Under the pieces are notes generated by a model. The model saw only the letters and a list, made by a program, of their open reading frames with translations, made no database searches and was not told the origin of the DNA. Below, piece by piece: positions 22,237 to 33,227 of a DNA stretch of 64,000 nucleotides (the stretch's first letter is position 1; each line of letters starts with the position of its first letter). Made by a program: the position numbers and the translations under genes. The DNA comes from Felis catus (taxonomy: Eukaryota), in assembly GCF_018350175.1 (NCBI RefSeq), contig NC_058374.1, positions 132,246,001 through 132,310,000 of the forward strand, read 5' to 3'.

Positions 22237-23394
22237 TGAATCCAAAGATATAAATGAGAGAGTCCCTACTCCCAGGGCCTCACTGTCTCGCAGGGAGATG
22301 GACAAGAAACAAAATGACAGTGCCTGGGGCAAGAGTAACAATTGGAGTGTGCGTAGGGCCTGGCGCCAGCACAAGCGAAAGTAATTCTATCCAGTCAGGA
22401 GGGTGTCACAGAAAGGGATGTTTGAATTGAATGTAGAAGGACCAAGGGAGGATCGGAGGGTGGGAAGAGGGCGTTCCAGGAAGAAGGACCGTCTGCTCGT
22501 GGCCCGTAGGTGTCCCATATCCAGCGGGCATTAGGGAGTGTCAGACCTGCCGAGGGGCCCGCTCTGTGCTGGTGTCCGCTCTGTGCTGGTGTCGGTTTCC
22601 TGTGGCTGCTAAAAACCCCGCAGGCTGTTGGGACTGGGGGTGCCGGTGAAAGTTGGCCGGGAGGCAGGCGCGCCTCTGCTGTCAGGGTTAAGAGCGTGTG
22701 TTCTGGAGCTAACCTGCCTGGTTCCTTGTTCGGCTCCACCACTGGCCATGTGACTTCAGCGTGTTGTTTAACTGCCCTGTGTGAAGAAGCTTAGTTTCGT
22801 TGTCGAATAGGCACAGTGATAGGATCTGCCTCATGCTGAGTTAATCACACAAGCACCTGCAATAGTGTATTGCTCCGAAGGGCAGCTCTTATTTCAGGGT
22901 AAGCCGACCTCCACTCTGGACAGTAAAGTTTCTGTCCCTGTCTTGAATGTCTTCCACCTTCTACTCAGGGGCTTTCTCAAGCCCCCTGAAAGACCCTAGT
23001 AAGAAAAGTGGCATTCTTTTTCGGGTATTTTTCCCCCCTGATCACCATTATGGGAGCTACAGCTCAGAAGCTACTCAGACTCTTATTTCTTTAGCCTTAG
23101 AATGGTCCATTATGTGCCTTTTTCATCCCCTGAGGCCTGCCGTCTTCAAGGCAGTGAACTCGGTGCAATCCTAGGTGACCAAAATGTGGAGAGGGTGGAC
23201 TGTGATTAAGTACCGGAGGCCCTGGGTTGTCAGGGGGTTGCATTCTGCCCGGGTACAAAGGGGTTCCCCTCGTGGGGGCCGTCAGTGGCGTGTGAGGGTA
23301 GGGATGCTCTCCCCACCGCGCAGAGCTGCCCTCGCAAACCTGCAACAGCCCCGGAAGGTCCTTCTTGGTTAACGGTCCGCTGCCTCACTTTCAG

Positions 23395-23475
23395 CTCTCT
23401 GAAACCACCGCCGAGTCCCACTTGATGGAGAAGGAATTGGAGGAACTGAAAAGCACCAGCCGCAGGAGGAAATGA
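23395..23475 (+). CDS. CBY1: CBY1 last coding exon (81 nt; LSETTAESHLMEKELEELKSTSRRRK*)
   Basis: ctttcAG acceptor, TGA stop. Total CDS 384 nt = 127 aa, with a basic C-terminal NLS. Confidence 0.96.
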   Translation, partial: LSETTAESHLMEKELEELKSTSRRRK

Positions 23476-24048
23476 AGACCCTGAAGACATTCGCTAGGAG
23501 GAAAGGGAGAAGCCCACCGGTCAGAGGAGGTGGATGGGGCTGAGGGGTTTTTCTAGCCGAACTAGTGGCCCAGAGTGTCCTATCACGGGGCCAGAAGGCA
23601 CCGGCCCCCTCGGTTTGGCAGCGGGAACACACTGGTGGAAGCCAGGACTCCAGGCCAGGGCAGTCCTAGGAATGAGCCCTGGGACGCTGTCTAGTCACTC
23701 CACGTACGAATGCGCCTTCCCAGGTTCGCCCTCACCGGACTGATGCTGTGGCCAAAGCAGCTGGAGTTCATTGTCTCCCCCCTCACGCTGGGCTGGTGTC
23801 CGGGGCGTGGCACCAGTTCTAAAGAGTCCTGCCTCAGGGCCCTTGGATGAGCAGCTCTCCTGGCCCTCCGCGCCCCCGCCCCCCCTCCCCCTCCCCCTCC
23901 CCGGGCCTACTCTCTTCGTCCTTTGAAGGATACTCAGTCCGCAGATCCACAGCCTCTTCTGGCTTCAGCTTGTCAGTGGCCAGCACCAGCCTTCCACGGG
24001 CAACACTGCATTTTTGTGCTACTTTCCTGTTTACGCATTTTTCTGAAA

Positions 24049-24054
24049 ATTAAA
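24049..24054 (+). terminator. CBY1: Probable CBY1 poly(A) signal ATTAAA
   Basis: U-rich upstream and GU-rich (tgtgtgtgg) downstream context. Confidence 0.6.
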
Positions 24055-25202
24055 TGCTGGTATGTAATCTGTGTGTGGCCAAAGTGACTGACAAATGAAA
24101 GCAGCAGTTCTTGAAGAAGTGCATAGAGCCTGGAGTCGAAGCTTCTGTTCCGCCGTCCGGAGACCGAATTTTTGAGTTGTGGGGAAACGCCACCACGGCA
24201 GGAGAAGCGCTCCAGCTTCCCGGGCATTGGCAGAGGCCGACCTGCAACAGAAGCAGTGTCCCTGCCCAAATTCTGCTGCAGCCCTTCAGAGATTTGCCAC
24301 CAGCCTGGACCTGGCAGGGACCGAGCGGTCGGGGTGGGAGGCTGCATTCCTAGAGTGGGAATTTGCACCCAAGTCCGTGTGAGCTTCTCTGGTTGGAGGA
24401 GGGAGTCAGTGAGAGGGAACCCAGCTCCACAGTTAAAGGGGAGGGCGCCAAGACGCGGACAGAGTCCAGGGCTTTAGGCTGGGGATGGCCACTATGGTCA
24501 ATAATTTCTGAAAGCCGGTGACTTGCCTAGGACAGGCCTCAGCACTTGGCCCCTGCTCATTTCCTCCTCTGCTCAGCCCCGCGAAGCAGGGACCATCAGC
24601 ACGTGTCCTTGCAGGTAAGGAGCCAGACTCCCGGAGGTTCAGAAACCGGTCCGGGATCGCACAGCAGAAGCGTGGGAGCCTGTGGACTCCTAGCTCCCGG
24701 TGAAAGGGAGGGGCCGGGTGGGGCACAGCCTCTGTCGGAGGCTGCTGTCCGCAGCCCACCCTTAGGAACAGCTTTAGGGGAGACGGATGGAAGCTCCAGC
24801 CCATAAACCTTACTTTCCGATAGGAGAGAAGAACTCTGAAAAAATTAGGGGAGGTTACAAATACGTGTGGGGTGTAAGTCTCCAGGTGCAGATATTGGGA
24901 GCAGTTGGGGGTTGGCCCTTCCTAGGGCAGCATCGTTGGCAACCACTTCCTGAGTGCCTTTGGTGCCAGACAGCCCGTTGCTAACTCTCAGGATTCAAGT
25001 GTGTCATCGTCCCCTGCTCTGAGATGAAGAAACGAGTCCGGCAAGGTGACACAGCTGGAAGGGACGGAGCCCAGGCTGAAACCTTGGGAATCATGAGGGG
25101 CAGGATTGGGTGTCAGTGATGTGGGTCCCCCTCTGCACCCCCACTGGCGCCGGAGGGGGTTGGAGTCACTATGTGGGACCGTTCTGCAGTGAAGGAGGAC
25201 TT

Positions 25203-25402
25203 TTCATTTGTTTAATGTTTATTTTTGAGAGAAAGAGAGTGCAAGTGAAGGGCAGAGAGAGAGGGAGACACAGAATCCGAAGCAGGCTCCAGGCTCCGAG
25301 CTGTCAGCACGGAACCTGACATGGGGCTCAAACCCACGAGCTGTGAGATCATGACCTGAGTCAAAGTCGGATGCTCAACCAACTGAGCCACCCGGGAGCC
25401 CC
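25203..25402 (-). mobile_element. CAN-SINE
   Basis: Body with TSD aaggactttt. Confidence 0.9.
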
Positions 25403-25679
25403 AAGAAGGACTTTTATTTTGAGTGAAAAGGCAAATAAGCCATTGGTGGGTTTTGAGCAGAGGAGTGTGACGATCAATTTTTTTTTTTTAAATCCTCTGG
25501 CCAGATCCTCTGCCTTCTGTGTGGAGAAAACAGACTGAAGGGGGCCAGGCTGGGACAAGACAGGTGGCAGGAGAGAAGGTGAAGTGGTCAGATTCTGGAC
25601 TGAATTGAAGGTGGCACCCACCAGTGTTTGGTGTTTTTCCTCGCCGAGGTGCTATATTCTTTCAAGTCCCTACCTTCCT

Positions 25680-25789
25680 TTTTTTAAGGTTTTATTTTTA
25701 AATAACCTCTACAGCCAACAGGGGGCTTGCACTCATAGCCCCGAGCTGAAGAGTTGCACACTGCACCGACCGAGCGAGCCAGGCACCCC
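25680..25789 (-). mobile_element. Short tRNA-Lys-like SINE (tSINE_Fc-like)
   Basis: Degenerate tRNA-like head plus A-rich tail. Confidence 0.75.
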
Positions 25790-26589
25790 CTCAAGTTCTT
25801 ACCTTTCTGGTCAGATCCATCCTTCAGGTTCTGGTTAAAATTCTTCCTCCTTCGAAGCCTTTATTAACCAAATCTGCTACTTGGGGGACACCCAAAGAAA
25901 TAGTACTGTCTACTTGACGATACCCCTTGTGATCTACAGCAACTTCCGGGACTTTCTGGGCTGCGTGTCCGGTTAGGGGGAGCTGTTACTGAGGAGCTTC
26001 GCGAGAGCTCTGGGGGCCTGAGGGAGCAAGTGCAGGGTTAGGGGCAATCAGAGGAAGGGGTACAGTTTGAGGCCTCGCAAGGGGCCCCCACCTGCACTAT
26101 CGCACAGATAGGGGCTGATGGGTATTTTTTACGGGAGGGGCTTCCAGCTTTTCTAGGATTCCCAAAGGGATCTGTGCCCGTCCATTGACCCACATAAAGA
26201 ACTGTTACCAATTTCAAATTCTGATGGGACGGAAACAGGAAAGACGGAAAGCATGGACTTGAGGGATGGGGCAGGAGAGGACCTGGAGGCTGGGGTTCTA
26301 GAACACCCCATCTCCTTCTCCATCCGGGTGGCAGAGTCACTCTGTGCCTGCATGGGGCATCCACACTCACTCGTTAGCGCCTGTACTTGTGTGTTACTCT
26401 TCGACGGTGACCCCTGGCCTGGCATCGTCCTCACCCTGTCTTCTTTGCTGATTCTGAGCAGTTCTCCTTGAAGCCTTCAGTGAAGCCACCCTTCTCCGAT
26501 CCTCCTCCTTCCTCTCCAGCAGCTCCTTGAACCTCTTGAGGTGGAGGAAGAAGGTCCCCCCCCCTTTTTTTTCCCCTAATAGTTCTGCT

Positions 26590-27320
26590 TTTCTGCTTGT
26601 CTTTAAATTTTCTTCTATTGTGGCAAAATAACAAAATTTATCATCGTAACCATTTTTAATTCTACAGCTCAGCAGTACTGAATACATCCATCGTGTGCCA
26701 TCATCACCGCCGTCCCACCTCCGGACACTTCAGCCTGTAAACTGAAACTCTATACCCATCAAACAGTGACTCTCCGTTTTGTAACTGAACCCAAGTTCGT
26801 GTGCCCGATGTGCAGCAAAGCTGATCGTTGAGATAGATCTCTAGTGGGCAAGGAGGCTAGAGGTTCTTCTCGAGGTAGCCATGTGAGGAGATGGGAAAAT
26901 GAGCCTCAAGTCGGCCTCCCTGAAGCAGGATGGCCAGGCATTTTTTAAAGGCAAGTAGAAAAGGGTGTGGGCAAGGGGAAGGAGAGAGGAGCTTTGTGAC
27001 TCAAAATCAGATAAAGGAAGTTAGGAGGTAGGGGAAGGTTAATTTCGTTTTGTTGGGCTCCAAGGGGAGGTCAGTGTCCTGACTGGTTCTAGCTGGCGTC
27101 TTGACGAAACCCTGAGTTCCTGCAAAACGACTAAATTAACCACTCGGTCATCATGGCATGACTATTATCGTACAGGAACATGGTGGCAGACAGCATTCTG
27201 AGCACCCCCAAGCAGGTTTGGGGAGAAGTTGCAGCTGCCTTGTCTGCCCTGTTAACTCTTTGGTTATGAGTTTCTGTTTCCTCTCCCCCAGCCCCCGGCA
27301 ACCACCTGTCTACTGTCCGT
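26590..27320 (-). mobile_element. Old L1M 3' fragment split by an LTR
   Basis: tattgtggcaaaataacaaaattt...aactgaaactctatacccatcaaac resumes as ctctccccagcccccggcaaccacc after 27276. Confidence 0.65.
26780..27275 (-). mobile_element. Solo LTR, ERV1-like
   Basis: About 495 bp. One end TGTAACTGAACCCAAGTTC; the other end is degenerate (tttct for tttca). 4-bp TSD GTTT; interrupts the L1M. Confidence 0.6.
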
Positions 27321-27336
27321 GATTTCGCTGTACCTT

Positions 27337-27561
27337 TTTTTTTTTTTAATTTTTTTTTCAACGTTTATTTATTTTTGGGACAGAGACAGAGCATGAACAG
27401 GGGAGGGGCAGAGAGAGAGGGAGACACAGAATCGGAAACAGGCTCCAGGCTCCGAGCCGTCAGCCCAGAGCCCGACGCGGGGCTCGAACTCCCGGACCGA
27501 CCGCGAGATCGTGACCTGGCTGAAGTCGGACGCTTAACCGACTGCGCCACCCAGGCGCCCC
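27337..27561 (-). mobile_element. Young SINEC_Fc
   Basis: TSD ttcgctgt(a/g)cctt. Internal 4-nt duplication ggaccgaccgcg. Confidence 0.95.
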
Positions 27562-27754
27562 TTCGCTGTGCCTTTAAATGTCTGATCCCACAGGATCCTG
27601 GCCTTTGTCTTCCCTTCTCACTCTGCCTTTTCTAGACCATCTCATCTGTTCCCAGGGCTCTGAACACTCTGCATGGCACGATTCCCTTTTTTCTTATCCC
27701 TTTGCAGAGATAAAATTACTCCCAAGGTTTTTTTTTATTATTCTTAAACATAGG

Positions 27755-28217
27755 TGTTTTTTAAGAAATGTTTAACGTTTGGGGTGCCTGGGTGGCGCAG
27801 TCGGTTAAGCGTCCGACTTCAGCCAGGTCACGATCTCGCGGTCCGGGAGTTCGAGCCCCGCGTCGGGCTCTGGGCTGATGGCTCGGAGCCTGGAGCCTGT
27901 TTCCGATTCTGTGTCTCCCTCTCTCTCTGCCCCTCCCCCGTTCAAGCTCTGTCTCTCTCTGTCCCAAAAATAAATAAACGTTGAAAAAAAAATTGAAAAA
28001 AAAAAAAAGAAATGTTTAACGTTTATTGTGGGAGAGATAGAGTGAGTGAGTACATGGGCAGAGAGAGAGGGGGAGAGAGAGAGAGAGAGATCAAGCAGGC
28101 TCCACACTGTCAGCACAGAGCCCAACGTGGGGCTCAAACTCAAGAACCGTGAGATCATGACCTGAGCCGAAATCAAGAGTTGGAAGCTTAACTGACTGAG
28201 CCACCCAGGTGCCCCAC
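27755..28217. mobile_element. Young SINEC_Fc (+, 27781-28006) nested in the tail of an older minus-strand SINE (body 28025-~28217)
   Basis: TSD aagaaatgtttaacgttt at 27763-27780 and 28007-28024. Confidence 0.93.
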
Positions 28218-28366
28218 ATAGATTTTTTTTTAAATCATGTATCGTTCTTGTGAATATAAACAAAATTAGTTGGTTAAAGTTTTCCTAAAACTTCTCCACA
28301 TTAGCATTACCACTTTCCAGTTGGAGGCATTAATGCCTGTACCTCCCTAGAGATTGCCTTCTCTAG

Positions 28367-28470
28367 GGGTGCCTGGTTGGCTCAGTTGGTAGAGCATGCA
28401 ACTCTTGATCTCAGGGTCATGAGTTCAAGCCCTAGGTTGGGTGTGGAGACTACTTAAAAAAAAAAGAAAA
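28367..28470 (+). mobile_element. Short tRNA-Lys(CTT)-like SINE (tSINE_Fc-like)
   Basis: gctcagttggtagagcatgcaactcttgatctcagggtcatgagttcaagccc plus poly-A. Confidence 0.8.
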
Positions 28471-29599
28471 AAAAGATTGCCTTTGAGAGCATTGATCTTC
28501 CAGCATTTCCTAAACAGCCACAAGAGAATCAAAAGCCATTGGTACTGGGTTCTCAAGCTGCCCTTGCATTTACATAGTGCTAGCCAACTTTAAGTAATTT
28601 TAACATGCAAAAAAGCACAATTCATAAGTATCGATAATACAAAATGAAAGTACCCATGCGAACACCACCCTGATCAAGAAATGGAATTTTACCAGCACCC
28701 CAGAAGCCACTCCCCTGCCCCTTACCAAATATTCCCCCCTCTGAGCTAATCAAAGGGAATCACTAATCCTCACCATAGATTGGTTTTGCCTGTTTTTGAA
28801 CTTTATGTAATGGAGTAATACAGTAAGCAGCCTTTTGAGACATAAAAGCTTTTTGTAGTCAGTGCTGCCCTTGCCCAAAGATGAAAAGGACCAAGGCCTG
28901 TTAGGGGAGGAAGTGCAAACCTACCTGCCCCTCATTATGTAAGCACGGGACAAAGGACAACATCGTGCATCAGATTTGGACCGTCCAGTCCTGAGATTCT
29001 CTGATTCCGGGGTCAGCTGGCTAAAGTGTGTATCAAATTACTACCCTTGTATTTAAGGTGCAGCACATTATAAAAAGAAGTATTTAATCCATCATAAAGG
29101 CAAAAAATTAAAATATGGGTAACGCTTAAGGCTGGGGACATTGTGGGGAAAAGGACACTTCCATTTACAATTAGGTAAGTATATGATCTAATTTTGAGGA
29201 CGGTCAGCTAATACCTACCAAAATGCTAAATGTTCATACTTTTTGGCCTGCAAACTTCCTCCTAGAAATCTATCCTCAAGAAAGACTTCCAGCAACTCTG
29301 TACTGAGCCTCAACTTCCCCGTTTCTTAAAACAGGGATGATGACAGTACATGGCTCAGTGGGTTGTTGAGCCAAGCAGATGAGTGTACACACACACACAC
29401 ACATTTAAATGTGTATTTAAATGGTAACTCTTGCCTTTGTCTCAGTACATTGGTACTGTTCACTTGACGTTTTCACAACAGATCGATAAAACCTTCAAGT
29501 ATCGAACTCCTACCAAAGAACACACCCCTCAGGGAAACGAAGCTGGAGTTTTTGTTTGTCTCAGTGTGACCCCCTGGGAGCTTACTGAAGTGCAGGTTT

Positions 29600-30300
29600 C
29601 TGGGCCCACTCTAAATGAAAAGAATTACCGCGGAAGCACCGCGACCCTGTCCTTGAACAAGCTTCCCAGGTATTTCTTAGGAAGTCGCCGCCGCCTCCTC
29701 GGCCGAAAGCCGGTGGAGTCCGCCACCCAGACGGTGTCGCTCTTCCCCAGCACTTCAGCCTCCGGCTCCCGGAAGAGCAGCTCTGTCCGCCGGGGAGGGG
29801 GTGGTGCTGCACTCGCCTCCTCTCTTCCGCTTCCGGTGTCCCCCTGCAGCCATGGCCGCCGCCGCTGCCGCTGGCGGCCCTGGGGCGCCCCTGTCCCCGG
29901 ACGAATTGCTTCCGAAAGGCGATGCCGAGAAGACTGAGGAGGAGCTGGAGGAGGAAGACGACGAGGAGGTACTGGGGCCCTGCGGTGTGAGGCGGAGTGC
30001 AAGGTTACGGGCCGGGAGCGGCCCGCACGGGGGTGTGAGCTCCGCGTGCTGCGGGATCCGGGCGAAAGCGCGTCGCGGAGCCCGGAGAGGTCGGAGGGGA
30101 GGTGTCTTCTCCGGGAGGCGGGGTTAGGGCCCCCAGTGGGCCGGAGCGGGCTGCCCTAGCTCCAGGGGGTGGTTGCCATTGCTTCGATCGAGATCCGCGC
30201 CGCCTCCACCACAGCTAGATGAGACCCTGTCGGAGAGACTGTGGGGTCTGACGGAGATGTTCCCAGAGAGGGTCCGGTCCGCGGCTGGAGCCACTTTTGA
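29600..30300 (+). promoter_or_regulatory. TOMM22: TOMM22 CpG-island promoter with ETS/GABP sites
   Basis: CpG-rich. Tandem CTTCCG-CTTCCGG at 29824-29836, further GGAAG cores upstream. Confidence 0.8.
29852..29968 (+). CDS. TOMM22: TOMM22 exon 1 CDS (117 nt; MAAAAAAGGPGAPLSPDELLPKGDAEKTEEELEEEDDEE)
   Basis: Kozak gccATGG, donor GAG|GTACTG. Acidic N-terminus of Tom22. Confidence 0.97.
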
Positions 30301-30333
30301 TCTCTCCGTCTTTGTGGCTCAAAAAATGTACAG
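30215..30333 (+). CDS. TOMM22: TOMM22 exon 2 (119 nt; LDETLSERLWGLTEMFPERVRSAAGATFDLSVFVAQKMYR)
   Basis: ccacAG / GTAAGG boundaries; Tom22 receptor motif. Confidence 0.97.
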
Positions 30334-30807
30334 GTAAGGTCCGAGGGCAAAGACGTTGGGGTGTGCCTGGGGTGACCGAAGTGCTGTGAATGAACATGGG
30401 CTTTGGAAGTAGCAGAGCGGGGCTGGAGGCCAACCTGCCACCTAGATCACTGAGTGAGTGACCTTGGACTGGTCTCTTAACCTTTCTTGATCTCCACGAA
30501 CTCTTCCGTAAAGTGGCGATTCCTGTGGGGCAGGGTCGTTGTGAGGATCGTTTCACGTTACGTGAGGTAATGTGTTGTAGAAGTAGCTTCGTAAGAACTC
30601 AGGAGGATGTTAGAACGGCTCTCGCTAGGTAAACAGCCGGCAGAACTGCCTGTCCTGTTTCTGGTCCGAGTGTGGTGCACGTGTTGGGGAAAGAACATGC
30701 CTTTCAAAAACATTGGCGTGGGAGAGGTTTGGTTACTGGGCCGTTCTTGGTGAAGAAGAACACATCTGTGTTTGTGTCTTGCTGTCACGCTCACACCCCG
30801 TCTGCAG

Positions 30808-30925
30808 GTTTTCCAGGGCAGCCTTGTGGATTGGGACCACTTCCTTCATGATCCTGGTCCTTCCTGTTGTCTTCGAAACGGAGAAGTTGCAAATGGAGCA
30901 GCAGCAGCAACTGCAGCAGCGGCAG
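30808..30925 (+). CDS. TOMM22: TOMM22 exon 3 (118 nt; TM segment AALWIGTTSFMILVLPVVFETEKLQMEQQQQLQQRQ)
   Basis: ctgcAG / GTGAGC boundaries. Confidence 0.97.
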
Positions 30926-31135
30926 GTGAGCCCAGAGCCTTTGCCTGCGCGGCGGTGCAAGGTGTTGATTTTCCCCAAACCTGGGTAGACCCGTGGGTAG
31001 AGACTGGGATCCAGCCCACGCTCTTTTAGGTGCCCACGTGATCGGCACTGTTTGCAGACCTCCTCTGCCCCGTCAGAGGGAAAATGCGATCCAGAGGCTC
31101 GTCCGGTGCCTTACCCCTCTTCTTTTCTCTTCCAG

Positions 31136-31210
31136 ATACTTCTAGGGCCCAACACAGGGCTCTCAGGCGGAATGCCAGGGGCTCTACCTTCTCTTCCTGG
31201 AAAGCTCTAG
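31136..31210 (+). CDS. TOMM22: TOMM22 exon 4 CDS (75 nt; ILLGPNTGLSGGMPGALPSLPGKL*)
   Basis: ttccAG acceptor, TAG stop. Total CDS 429 nt = 142 aa. Confidence 0.97.
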   Translation: MLLGPNTGLSGGMPGALPSLPGKL

Positions 31211-31841
31211 ATTGTTACTGCTCTATGACTTGTCTTGGTGGGACGAGTTTGAAAATTCAATAGTGTTGAACTGCTGATGATTTGGATTTTCTCTTTTCCT
31301 TTTTTTTTTTTTTTAAACTTTGGCACATTGATTTATCTAAACCTGGAGAGAATTCTCCCCAGTGTGTCACGGAGACTCCCAACTTGCAGCTGTGCCCTCC
31401 ACGCTGTCCCATTTCTTCTGTCCTCACTCTGATACCAGAGTGCAGCAATGCAGACGGTTACTCCAGCTCTGGCCATTCCCCCCCCTTTCACTAAATCACT
31501 AAATCACTCGTGACCGGAAGATCTCAACTATCTGATTGTGGCAAAGGAACCGATGCCACTGGGAAGGATGTACCCCTGACCATTTTTGTTTTTAAGCATG
31601 GAGATGTTGGGAAGGGACATGCACACAGTATGAAATACATAATGCCGTTACAGCTGCAGTGTAAAGCAGCCACTGTGAATTTCTGGGGTGGAAAGGAGGG
31701 AGGGCTGGGCAGCAGCTTCGACCACGGGATGGGGACTGTGGAGGGCAGAGAAGAGCTCATTTTCTCTGCCGGTTTTGGCTATTAGAGACCTGTGTGTGTG
31801 TGTCCAAAAAAGAAAAAAGTGCTCACTTTTTGTATTTAAAT

Positions 31842-31847
31842 ATTAAA
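31842..31847 (+). terminator. TOMM22: Probable TOMM22 poly(A) signal ATTAAA
   Basis: Preceded by U-rich tttttgtattt (UGUA). Confidence 0.55.
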
Positions 31848-32019
31848 AATGATTCCGACAGAAAGTGTCATCCATGTACTTGTGATACACACCTTGAGAT
31901 CACGTCCTTCGACTGCCCCTTGCATTTCCTCTCCGAAGCTAACACCACTGTGTGACACTGACCCCTGAGGCCCAACAGTGGAAAACATGATTCAGTTTGG
32001 GCTAGGAACCTCTTGTTGT

Positions 32020-32132
32020 TGTTGTTAAAGATTTTATTTTTTAAGTAATCTCTACAGCCAACCAGGGGGAGCTTGAACTTAACCCCGAGATGAAGAGTCA
32101 CATGGTCTTCTGACTGAGCCAGCCAGGTACCC
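32020..32132 (-). mobile_element. Short tRNA-Lys-like SINE with (GTT)n flank
   Basis: Degenerate head ...gactgagccagccaggtacccc. Confidence 0.75.
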
Positions 32133-32934
32133 CAGAAACCTCATAATAGTAATCTTTGCCCTGAATTCAGGCAATCATGTTCAGATCCACCAACAAAGGA
32201 TCGGGTCCATGTATTTGTACGGTCTACAGTGATACACAGTTACAAAGGATTTGTAGGGAATGACCTACTACTAACTTCTGGTCTAGGAAGGGAATGGTGG
32301 CAAATAGAACTTTTTTGGTCCTTTTAAAAATAATTGCTGAGATGAACTTGATTATGAATTCCAACTATAGCCCTGCCTTTGAACCTTGCAGTTTTTGCAT
32401 TCAACGTAAATTTTTATTAGCAACGTGCTATTAACAATACTGAGCCTTTTATGTGTATTCTGTTTGTCAGAATGATGCTATATAATTGAGGGTGTAGTGG
32501 TAGTTCTGTTTTACAGAGGAGGAAGCAGTCACAGAGAGGTTGGATAATCTGTGCCAGACCGCACAGGAAATGATGGATCTGAATTCAAGTCTAACAGGCC
32601 CCCTCTGCTATGTGATCTTGATCTTGTTAACCAGAGAAAAACGCTAGTCATTTGTCAGGGCTGGTAACGAAAACTTGTACTTATTAGGATTCCTCAGATT
32701 GTGAAGCCTAGTTTTTGTAAACTGAAAAGTGCCTCAGGATTTTGAACCAAATGGAGTGCATATTTTGTCTGGATTTTTGCGGGGAGAGGTTGGACCAAAG
32801 CACAAAACAGCTCTGAGAGATGGCTGAGGATCGTAGTGAGTTTCTTCTGAAGCATCACCACACTAATGTTCACTTTTTTTCTTTACAGAATTACAAATTC
32901 AGGCAGACATAGAACATGTACGGAGTTCTCCATT

Positions 32935-32940
32935 TTTAAT
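32935..32940 (-). terminator. JOSD1: Probable JOSD1 poly(A) signal ATTAAA (3' UTR ~32915-34939)
   Basis: tttaat on the + strand, in a U-rich minus-strand context. Confidence 0.5.
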
Positions 32941-33077
32941 ATTTGGTTAAACAAAATACATCTTTTGTAAACAAACCCAGCACAAGGCCAACAAAAAAAA
33001 GGAATAAAAGCAAGAAAAACAAAAAGCCTAGGGTTGCCCCTTATTGGGCATCAGGGTCAGGCCTGCCCCTTTCCTTA

Positions 33078-33227
33078 NNNNNNNNNNNNNNNNNNNNNNN
33101 NNNNNNNNNNNNNNNNNNNNNNNNNNNNNNNNNNNNNNNNNNNNNNNNNNNNNNNNNNNNNNNNNNNNNNNNNNNNNNNNNNNNNNNNNNNNNNNNNNNN
33201 NNNNNNNNNNNNNNNNNNNNNNNNNNN
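33078..33227. other. Assembly gap (150 N) in putative JOSD1 3' UTR
   Basis: N run. Confidence 0.99.

Noticed and set aside
1833-28263. Many 60-150 aa ORFs with MAQSVKR.../GAPGWLSRLS.../RERQSMNGGG motifs
   Set aside because: These are translations of CAN-SINE bodies, not genes.
28367-28445. tRNA-Lys(CTT)-like sequence (also at 5818, 19308, 25680, 32020)
   Set aside because: Has a SINE-type ggggtgcctgg leader, mismatched acceptor stem and an A tail with no clean terminator. These are short tRNA-derived SINEs, not functional tRNA genes.
31196-31210. TOMM22 C-terminus ...PGKL resembling a PTS1 signal
   Set aside because: GKL is not a canonical PTS1, and the Tom22 C-terminus lies in the intermembrane space.
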